This document shows, in pieces, positions 53,366-64,000 of a stretch of 64,000 nt of DNA (its first letter is position 1; each line of letters starts with the position of its first letter). The position numbers were made by a program, and so were the translations under genes. This stretch comes from Chrysemys picta bellii (Eukaryota): assembly GCF_011386835.1 (NCBI RefSeq), contig NC_088794.1, positions 26,722,001 to 26,786,000 on the forward strand, written 5' to 3'. Under the pieces are notes generated by a model. That model made no database searches. It saw nothing but the letters and a program-made list of their open reading frames with translations, and had not been told where the DNA came from.

Positions 53366-55189
53366 GCAGAGCTCAGAGCCTGTGGAAATCAGCCCCTTGG
53401 GAACTCAGGTGGGGCACCCAAAATTAATCAATGGTTCTGAGATTCTGGGGCTCCCAGTTTTGTTACAGGTTGTTTAGTGTCTGTGCACTGTGAGTAACAC
53501 CAACTGCTCCTGGGCACTTCTTGTACAGCAGCAGTTCTTGCCTCCCAGTCAGTAACACCCGGGCAGACACACTCTTGGGCTGGACAAACAGGCAGTGGCT
53601 GTTTGTTCTGGGTGATGCAGCATTAACAGGGTGGGGCAGAATGTTGGGCTGACCCGGGGGAAAAGGGAAGTGAGAGGCTGACCTGACCTAGGGCGATGTG
53701 GGGGTGGGAAGTAAAGGGGATAAGGGCAGTCTGCCCCAGGCTTGTGACAGGGGGTTGAGTGTCTGCTTCACTGAACCCCCACCCTGAAGAGTGAATTCTC
53801 AGCTCTTAAGTGTTCTCCAGTGCTAGTGGTGGGAATGGACCTCAGACTATCTAGTTTAGCTAATCAAAAATATTCTAATCACATTCTTATCCCACGGTCA
53901 GCACTGAGGTATTGTGCAATGAGACGTGAGGGGCTTGGCGTCTCAGCCCCCACTACCAGAACATGGGACGCTGGGTTGCCCCATCTGTAGTTGCAGCACA
54001 GGAACAAACTGGACCACATTACACTCTCTCCTAACTTGGGCAAAACCCCCATTGACTTGGGTCCTTACTTAGTACAGGCTCCGTCTTTAGTCTGGCAAAC
54101 TCCTGTTGACATTGGTGGGAATTTTGCCTGAGTAAGGTACAGTACCCCACATGCAATCTATGGGAGATTGTCATTGGGACAGCTGCCACTGGAGGGCTGT
54201 CTGAGTATAATTTTTCCCAGGGAAGGTCTTTTGGATGACACGGCTGATTTGAAGAGGGAACTAAGGCAGGAGAGTGGCTGGGTACAAAACACCTGGAGGG
54301 ATGTGTAAGAGGCAATAAGAAATACACAACTGCTGATTGATAACTATAGTTCAATGCATCTTTTGTCTTGGTGGGATGAGATGGGGCAAAAATGAGGGTA
54401 GGGGATGGGATCTCTGGTACCAGATCAGGGGTCTTGGTTCTGCCCATGATCCTTTTCTGTGACAGCAGGGTCTCCACCTGGTACTTCAGAGCCTGGGGTT
54501 GTTAAGCTATTTCTCTAACCTGGGAATGAGGCAGGGTGTATTGAGAGTGGTGTTAATGGATCTGGAGAAGGTGTCTGTGTTCTTCTGGAGAAGGGTGAGA
54601 GCTCACTGCCAGCCACAGGGAGAAGGATAGAAAAAGGGGAGGAGAGAAGATAAGCTCTCAAACTGAACCAAAGTAACTAGACTGTGCTGAGGAAGAGAAA
54701 TTATGGCTTTTTTATGGAGGAGAGGAGACTCAGGAATGTCAAAAGATGAGGAGCTGCAACAGTTTCCATGAGCAGAACCTGGATACAGGAGAGGAGCCAG
54801 GACTTGATAATTTAAAACTCACTGAATATGAGTGAAACAACTAGTGGACAATGTTTGGGAACATTACTGTAAGAAGAGTAGGTACTTGGGGTGGAACAGA
54901 ATTGAGGGTGGCAAGGAATGAGCTGAGGGAAGGGCCAGATGCACAGCTGGTGTACATCTGCATAAATCCATTGACTATGTCCATTCCCACCAGCCGAGGA
55001 GCAAGACCGTCATCTCCAGCAGGGCCACCAGCTCTAGGGATAGGTACTGACGCAGACCTTTGCTGTATTCTCAGAATGCAGTGGACAAAAGGGTCAGTGC
55101 AGGGCAGTCAAAACCCAGTATCTCAAAAGGGATAAGCATGACTGAGTCTCTGAAAGAAACCACGCTGGGTGACGTGATAGTTTATGGAC

Positions 55190-55880
55190 TGTCCCTTAAC
55201 ATGCACATGCATGCATGTTTGTGTGTGCATGGATGTTTGGTGTGTGTAAGCCTTCGGATACCACAGTGGTGGCATGGTATATGAATCTACACAGAATAGA
55301 ATAGAAATGCATGCATGTTTGTATATGTTTGCTGTATGAATTTAGGCACGTGAAGTTGTGTGCGAATGTGCATGAGTTTTCTGTCTGTTTATGTATGTAT
55401 GTTTGGGCATGTAGGTGAATTAAATATTTGTGTATGGCATAGCTTGTGCGTGGGTGTAAAGTCAGTGTGTGTTTGTTTGCATGTAATTTGAATGTGTATG
55501 TGTTCTTTACATGTGTATATTTGTGCACAAATACTGTATATGTGTGCATGTTTGCTCTGTGTACTTAGGGACACAGGTGAATGTGTGACTGCAGATATGT
55601 ATAGGCATGTAGGTGATTTCAGTATTTGTGTATGGCATAGACTGAAAATTCAGTGCGTTTTGTGTTTGCATGTAATTTTAATGTGGTATGTTTGTTCTTT
55701 ATGTGGGCATATTTGTGGACAAATACCATACATGTATGTGTGCTTGTGTGCATATGCCCAGGTGCATGGAGGTGAGTTCATTTGGTGTACAGATCTGCAT
55801 GTACATGAGGTCAGCATGTTTGTGTATGTGCCTCTTGATTTTGTTGTAGGACACAGGAGCTCATGTATGTGGGCATGTGG
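55190..55880. repeat. TG/ATGT-rich low-complexity tract
   Basis: Degenerate (TG)n / TATGTG repeats. Confidence 0.8.
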
Positions 55881-57199
55881 ATCTCTTGTGGGCTGCATTA
55901 AGTGGGAGGAAGGGGATACTGAAAAGATACAGGATAAACCACGTATGAGAGAATTTTGTTTTCAATGTGATTTGGTTGAAAATGAATGAGATGAAATGAG
56001 AAGGGGGCGGGGGGGGGGGAGAATAAAGGCAGCTGCTGTGACCTCTGGTAACCTCTGGGCTAATTGGCTTCACTCTGTTGGGAGATCAATAAACTCTTGT
56101 CAGCACAATTCCCATTCCAGCCTCTCACAGGAGCTCACAACAGACCTACTAGGCCTCTGGGTAACAAACAGAAATACCCCACTCCCAACCAAGAGCTGGG
56201 ACTGGGACACAGGCCTGATCCTTCTTTAGTATCAAGACATTCCTACAGGGAGGGGGACAAACAGGGTTTATTATTTATTAAATTGTCACTGCCAGCCATG
56301 TGCTCACAAGATACAGCTATGAAGACAGTTCCACCCCTGAGGCTAAAGTGCCACAGGATTAATTGATAAAGGAATAACTCTCCTGATCAAAGGAACTTCC
56401 AGGGTACCAGCCCAATCCAAGCCATGCAAACTGCCTGCCTAATCCAAGCCATAAAAGCTGCTTGGCTTGGGAGAGCCTGCCTATCTAAATGCCAACCTAA
56501 TCCAAACCATGTGAGCTGCCTGAGTTCCAACCAACTCAAGGCTGGTTGAGTGTATGAGAGATGGTTGGGGTCTTGTGGGAGGACCTTTATTGGGTTTGTA
56601 AGGAAGAATGATTTTGTGCATGCCCAGAAAAGCTGGTTGGGTGTATGCTGGAGGTTGGGGGGTGGATTAGGTGGAAGGTGCGGTGCTGTGTGTATGTGTT
56701 GGTTGAGGGCATGGAGGATAAGGATTGATGGGTCCTGTTTTGTACACCAGGCTGCGTGAGCAGGAATTGTTAGTGTGGTTTGAGGTGTATCCAGGGGGTT
56801 GCCATATGAAGGAGAAAGGACTGGTCGGAGAATTCTAAGAGACTGAAATCCCATGAGATTGAATGCCATTAATAGGCTGATGACCCTCAGCTCTACATCT
56901 CCAGTGCAGGGGATGTCACTGATGTGTCTGAAGGAACCTGGACAAAAGGAAGCTGGCTTCTGTTAAACCCAGGGAAGAGGGTACCCCAGGTAATGTTAGT
57001 AGGAAAAGGAAAACTTTCTGAGGCAGTGGTATTTGCAGTGGCACTTGCCAAGCAGTCAAGGCAGTGACAAGTCTTGGGGTGCTCATCGCTACTCCTGGAT
57101 ACGCAGACAACAAGAGTAGCCGGTGATATCTTCTTCCTGCTCTGACTAACCAGAAGACTCTCTGTTGCGCAGGGGTGTGTGTCTGTGAGGGAGTTGTAG

Positions 57200-57660
57200 A
57201 AAGGTGTGCTCATGGGATGTAGCAGAAGTAGGTTTGTCGGTGTTGGTATGCAGGGAGACCTACGGTGGGTGTAGTGGGGGGGAGTTTATCAGCGTAGCTA
57301 GGAGGGGAGTTGTGTGGTGGCTGCAGGAGGGAAGGGGAGTTCCTTATTGGAGCTGGGGGTTGCGGGGTGGGGTGGCTGTAGCTGGGGTGGGGGGCGGCTC
57401 TTGCTGGGGAGGGGGTTGTGTGGTGGCTGTAGGAAGGCAGGGAGTCTGTGTAGCTGAGCTGGGGTTCTGCAGCGAGTGTAGCGTGGGAAGGGGTTGTGTG
57501 GTGGGTGTACCTGTAGTGTGGGGGTTGTGTGGAGGGTAGGGAGGCTCTCAGTGGAGCTGGGCTGGGGTTGTGCAATGGGTGTAGCAGGGGAAGGGGTGTG
57601 GTGGGTGAGCCTGGGGCTATAGCTCTGGGGTGTCTGTGCCCTGTGTAGCCTAGGCCGTAG
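57200..57660. repeat. G/T-rich degenerate repeat (TGTAGCTGGGG / GTGTGGTGGCTG)
   Basis: Recurring short motifs upstream of the LRRC10B CpG island. Confidence 0.6.
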
Positions 57661-58140
57661 TGGGGACACGGGTCCTGGGGGGCGGGGCCCGAGTGTAGCC
57701 AAGGCTGTACGGGGGGGGGAGGAAAGGGGGGGCGAGGCCCGTGTCAGGTGCGAGCTAGCCCGCGCTGGGTACAGCCGGGGCCGCAGCAGTCGGCCTCGGG
57801 AGTGGGCGTGTCATAGGGGCGGGGCCTGGGGGACAGCCCGCCCCCGCCGGCCCGAGCGGCTCCGCCATAGGCGGGCTGTCCCGCGTGGGGGTTGCCATGG
57901 AGACGAGTCGCTAGGCGCCGGGTGTGTGGGAGCCGAGCTCAGACCGAGCCGGGAGCCCCGGAGCGAGAGGCCGGGAGGCACCGGGGGGCCGCGCAGCGCC
58001 AGGGCCGTGGGGGGAGGCCGATCCCGGGTAGGGGCAGGGTGCTAGCCCCGGGAGGGCGATCCAGGGGGCCCCGGCCCGGCCCTGGCAGGGGGATCTCGGG
58101 GCTCTGGTCCTGGTCCCGGGAGGCTGATCCGGGACACCGA
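57660..58140 (+). promoter_or_regulatory. CpG-rich LRRC10B promoter / putative non-coding exon 1
   Basis: CpG-rich, GC boxes (GGGGCGGGGC), X-box GTTGCCATGGAGAC at 57891-57904, candidate donor CGG|GTAGGG at 58027/58028, acceptor ttctcccag|cag at 58470. Confidence 0.6.
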
Positions 58141-58377
58141 CCTCATAGAAGGCAGGCTGTTGGGGAGCCCTGGTCCCGGCCCTGGCAGGAAGAGGCAAGG
58201 GGGCACCAGCACTGGCATGGGGCACCCAAGGGGGGCACGTGTCCTATTCCCGGGAGGGTGATCCAGAGGGCACCAGTCCCAGCCCTGGCCGGAGGGCTGG
58301 GCACCAGTCCCAGCTCCGGGAGGCTGGTCAGTCCCAACCCTGACAGGGGAGACCCAGGGGGCGGACACTGGTCTTAG

Positions 58378-59373
<996 letters not shown>

Positions 59374-60440
59374 GAATGGGCACTACAACAACATGGTTGC
59401 TGCTCAGAAAATCTGGTGGACACTGGTGGGCTGGTAGATCCGCTTCTGCGCTGCAAGGGGTGAGAGTTTGCATGGACCATCTCTGGCCATGGGTAGCCAC
59501 AGTCTCCCAACTAGAATCATGGGTTACTACCAGTCCAGGGAGTCATTATGTTCTTGCATGAGACAGGAAAACCATGAATCAAAAGGGTTGCTGTTTCCTT
59601 GCTGGGACCACAGACAGCAAAGGGGAGCATCATCTATCTGCAGGAGTGCTGGGCAATCACTGCACCCCTGAGGCATCCTGCATAGCCACAGGATGTGGGG
59701 GTTGGCAGGGTTGAAACCACAATGCTGTTGTGTTGGATAATCCCATTGGACCAGCTCTGTGGGAGGATGGTCCCTGTTTGAGATGGGCATTGATAAGAGC
59801 TGGCCTTCTCAGAACAGCCAGCCTGTGGTGGAAGCCTGGAATTGAAAGGACTTTAATGTGACAATCTGTGGCTGTTTGGTTAGGTATCTATGAGTGATCC
59901 CTGCTCCTAGCCAACCGGCCCATTGCCACGGGACTCAGATGCAAGACAGGAAAAAGCCATGCTGTTTGGTTTGGTGGGTTTTTTTAATTCCCTTGGACTC
60001 CACGCCCTGGAGGGCTACAGGGTTCGAGTCTGAACAGAAAAGCTTCTCACATCCTAGAGATTCCTATTCTGCTACTGGAATTAGACTCAGAGAGAAACGT
60101 CTCCCAAGCTGCTCCTTCCAGCTGTCAGCTTTGAAAAGAAGCTGATAGGAAAGCCTTGTTTGTGCGCAGTGCTCGCTCTCTGGCCTGGAAAGGGTTTTTG
60201 CCTCCGCTCTTTGTATGGTGGGAAAAGGAGCCCCGTGTGCTGCTTTGCAGGCTGCCTGGACTTTCCATTCCCTTAAATGGGCACAGAAGCAAAAGCTGGT
60301 ATGAACTGGGCCACCAGGACTGTGTGCGTCTGGGGCAGTGGGGTGGCAGCAGCAGGACTCTTTCCAACTCTCCCTTTCCTCCTGGGGGTGGCAGGCTCAT
60401 TCTCATTCCCCCATGGGCTAGATTTGTACCAAATCTAAGC

Positions 60441-60446
60441 AATAAA
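60441..60446 (+). terminator. probable LRRC10B polyadenylation signal
   Basis: First AATAAA noticed after the stop codon (~1.07 kb 3'UTR). Confidence 0.5.
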
Positions 60447-63026
60447 AAGTAGAAAACTGAGAAAATCTGGTAGTGAGAGAAAGAGGCTCCCAGGCTGATT
60501 CTCAGGGAGGCTGCTGCCAGGATGGTTTATTTGGAAAGAGTATGTAAACAGACTAATATGGCCTGGGGAAAGGGAACTGGGTTCTCAAGCATCTGTGTTA
60601 TTTTTAACATTTTGGGGAATCCTGTTTCCTCTCTCTGCCCGTTTCTGAACTGTACTGTCTTCTCTGCACTCTTCCTCACTCTACTCCATCCCTCCCCCTG
60701 CCGCTATCATCTGTGACTCCCTCTGCAGTGTTACTCCTCCCTCACTTGGAGCTAGGTCCATACCTCTGTCTGAGCTCCCCTCCTCACCTCTCTTTCCATC
60801 TCCTCCCCTCCACACTTCCCTGGGCTGTGTTCACCCTCAGCCCAGCTTCAATCTCAGTAACATTATTGGCATGGCAAAGTATACCAGTATTGCCAAAGTT
60901 AATACACTTTGTCAAATCTCTGTGCCTTGGTCAGGAGTAACTGGGTTTTATACCATGTGGCCACTATGATCTATTGTGAATTTGCTGGCTGGGGGCCAGG
61001 TAGCATTAAGACATTTCCACTGTCTTTTTCCTTTCACTCAAAGTTATGTCATTTTTCTTCTTTGCTTTGCCGCAAAGAGTCTTGCTATTTCTGATCACTT
61101 GGAAAAGTCTCCTCTTCTTCTTTTGGATCTCATGCAGCAGAATAAAAAGTGCCTGTCAGTTTCAATCTCTCCTGTCACCGTGGGATACAAAATTGCCCAT
61201 CCCTGGGTTTCTAGTGGAAAGTGTCCTGGTTTTCGTTTTTGCTTTGGGATCACTGCTTCAATACTTGGTGAGAGCACAGCTCTGTTTTACACATTGCCCT
61301 GTAGATAGGGGGTCTGCTAGTGTGAAGAGAGCTAGAGCAATCTAGCTGCTTGTGTTGGTGATGTTCTCTAATCCCAGTAGCTAACATACTTTTCTTTTTT
61401 GGGGCTTCATGCAGTGTCTGGAAGAAGGTGGGAAGATGCTGCCTGTGTAAGAGTGGAGGGTGATTTTAGCAGTGCTTATGTCCCTTCCAGTGCAGCCTGT
61501 GTGCCAATTGCTGTACTCCCCACTCCCCACCCATAAAGATCTAGCAGTAGTTTTATCCGTGGGTTGAAGGTAGCCAGAGGATTTTAAAGGTCTGTAGCAC
61601 ATCCGGTAGCCCTTCCTGCTGCATGACTGTGAGGCCAAGGTGTGGCTTGTTCAGATGGGTTCTGCGGGTGTCTGCACAGTAACATTTTAATTTGCTTTGG
61701 GGCTTTAAGCCTGTGATTTTTGGTCTTTTCTAGGCTGATCTGACGGGGCCTGTGTGCTGCTGTAGCAGGTGTCTCTATAGCAGGTTCAGGTGCCTTGGGT
61801 GGCGATTATTCTGCCCAGTACTGATAACAGGAAGAGTATGACTCGTGTCTCTCAGAACTGCTCGGTCCCTCTCTGCGTCATTTTTGCTCCGGGGGATGAA
61901 TTGGTCTGTGTGACTAGGGGAGGCCCAAACTGCATGATCTTGGTCCCGGAGCTGGCCCATCTGCACCTGAAAACCACGTCCTCCCTCTCTGTTGTTCTGT
62001 CTGAGCCATTGGGTATCTCTTTCTGAGTCGTGCTCCCTCTGTCTCTATTTCAGCGGTGTCCTCTCTCTCGGCCATGTCCTCTCTCACTTGCTCGCTCCCA
62101 CCTCATTTGAAAAGCCCTTGTGGCACCTGAGGATGTGCCATCCCAGCTGCGTACCCTTGGTCATGAGTAGAGAGGCTGAAAGATCAGGCCAGGGAGCAGA
62201 CACGGGCGGTGAGAGAGGCTGACTCAAGCTGCTGTTGGAAAAATGGATTCTAATTGTGCTATCGAAATGAGGGCGGGTGGAGGGGAAGACAATAACTCCT
62301 GACAGTTACAGCCCTTAGTGCTTCTCTGGCCCTTGTATTTCAAAGGACTGTACTGATCTGAGCTCCAGAGTTCTCCTGCCCCCATGTGTTAGGGGTGTAT
62401 TGCCTGTTATCCCTATAGCACTCCGCAGTGATCTCCTCTCTAAGCCCACTGCTGCTGCCTGCCCTGGCTAGCTTGGTGCACTGGGGCATGCCTGCCTGAG
62501 GCTTAGCGCACACATGGGTTTATTAAGCTGGGTACACTGAAGCTAAACTGCTGCCTGGGAAGGGCCTTTTATTGCTGATTGTCCAGACTCCGATGAAATT
62601 GGTGGTGGGGATTCCTGTACCTCTTAAAGGTGTTTTGTTTACCGAGATCAGGAATGTTGCTTGACTGGAGTAGTTAATTCATTTCCCCTCTTCCTCCTGG
62701 TTTGAGTCATTTCTCTGCTCTCCTTCTCTTGATCAGCTTCAAGTGGTTTTATTAGGCTTCTTAAGGGAACAATTTCAAATGATTTCCTTTGCCGTTTCTT
62801 ATAGTAACATCTGGAGTCAGCAAGAGGCTGTCAGGTTAGGGGAGGGGATTGAGACGCGAGTTACCTTCCTCCCCCTCTGCCAGAGGGGGACATTGGACTG
62901 GCGACAGTTGCTGAGTCAGCCGAGGAATCTGGTGTATGTGTGGCAAGAATGCAGGTACCCACAGGAACATTGCTTGTGCTAAAGGCTGACTGGCCCTGAT
63001 TATAAATAAATTAATGGAGATATCCT

Positions 63027-63196
63027 ATGTCCTAGAACTGGAAGGGACCTTGAAAGGTCATTGAGTCCAGCCCCCTGCCTTCACAAGCAGGACCAAGTAC
63101 TGATTTTGCCCTAGATCCCTAAGTGGCCCCCTCAAGGATTGAACTCACAACCCTGGGTTTAGCAGACCAATGCTCAAACCACTGAACTATCCCTCC
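63027..63196 (-). mobile_element. tortoise PolIII/SINE
   Basis: Same head as the 27021 and 38811 copies; tail of the 27021 type. Confidence 0.88.
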
Positions 63197-64000
63197 CCCC
63201 CCCCCAAGCACCTAGAACACCCACTAACAACTATTGTCATCACCTTCTTTTCAGGGGGGAAATCCACCCCATCCCCCAGCTCTGGAGTATGCAGTACTCT
63301 GGCCAGCACTTAAGAATCTATTGCTTGATGTGACCCCCATTACAATCTCCTGTGCTGTTCAGTGATCATGCAGAGCCAGGAAGTCTGACTGAGCATGAAG
63401 TCTAAATCCTACTGCCCATTTGTGAAGGTGGAGTGAATTTCTACTGTCCTGCTCCAGCTGATCAGAGCAGTGAGTCTATCCCATCTGGTATTTCACCTCC
63501 TTGAGGCATCAGAGCAGATCAGTGATCAGCTGGGCCAATATCCCTCCTCCTTGTTATAGTATAATAGACCTGTGGTCTGTCTATTCTGGTATCCTGCCTC
63601 TGGCAGTAGCCAGTATGCTCCCCTGCATGATACATCTAATTGTGCAATACCATAGCAAGGCAGTAGGGGGCGATAATGTTTCCTGATCCCAGACAGGGAT
63701 CAGCTTTCACTGAAGCATAAGAACCTGTGGATCTCACTGAACTCTTTTCCCCCATAACATCCTGCAGCAGTGAGTTTCACAAGTTACTTGTTGGAACAGT
63801 CCAAAGACTGTTTCTGTGGAACAGTCCAAAGACTTCAGACCAAAGGTTTACATTTTTTATTTTAAAAACAGTCAGCGTTGCAAGACGTTTTAACTAAAGC
63901 TGGTCAAAAAATGTTCAGATGAGACAGTTTTCTCAAAACTTTCTGCGGGAGCATAGGGATTTTGACAAAATGTTGTTAAGAAATAAAAGTGGAATTGAAG

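Noticed and set aside
61006-61155. Lys-rich 49-codon open frame on - (LLHEIQKKKRRLF...KKKNDITLSERKKTVEMS), faintly like a pogo/CENP-B HTH start
   Set aside because: Short, no ATG or good acceptor, and similarity too weak to call without a profile search.
60450-64000. SYT7 3' end expected here from recalled human synteny
   Set aside because: No coding exon or diagnostic sequence was recognised; several - strand AATAAA exist but cannot be assigned.

Overview
Eukaryotic (vertebrate) genomic DNA, inferred to be turtle because it carries tortoise-type tRNA-derived PolIII/SINEs with CR1 tails, CR1 LINEs, Penelope-like fragments and hAT/Harbinger MITEs. Five protein-coding genes were reconstructed by hand from GT-AG splice sites and frame continuity. 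(1) A divergent fascin-family gene on the - strand, with 4 coding exons (5613->1589) and its 3' half beyond the left edge. (2) CPSF7 on the - strand, 461 aa, with an intron 5 nt after the stop and a ~2.1 kb terminal UTR exon. (3) SDHAF2 on the + strand, 162 aa, head-to-head with CPSF7 on a CpG island. (4) SAXO4/PPP1R32 on the + strand, 12 coding exons, 433 aa. (5) LRRC10B on the + strand, single coding exon. The order CPSF7-SDHAF2-SAXO4-LRRC10B matches the human 11q12 block as I recall it, but I recall no fascin gene beside human CPSF7. Best leads: a possible extra fascin paralogue lacking both regulatory serines; candidate NMD-triggering exons in the CPSF7 3'UTR intron; a perfect 85-bp Penelope palindrome carrying minimal hammerhead-ribozyme motifs in CPSF7 intron 2; and a SAXO4 stop codon sitting exactly on a splice donor, in frame with an 89-codon repeat-containing tail. 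Most ORFs in the supplied track are artefacts of GC-rich or low-complexity DNA. Comparisons to human proteins and gene structures are from memory and need database confirmation.
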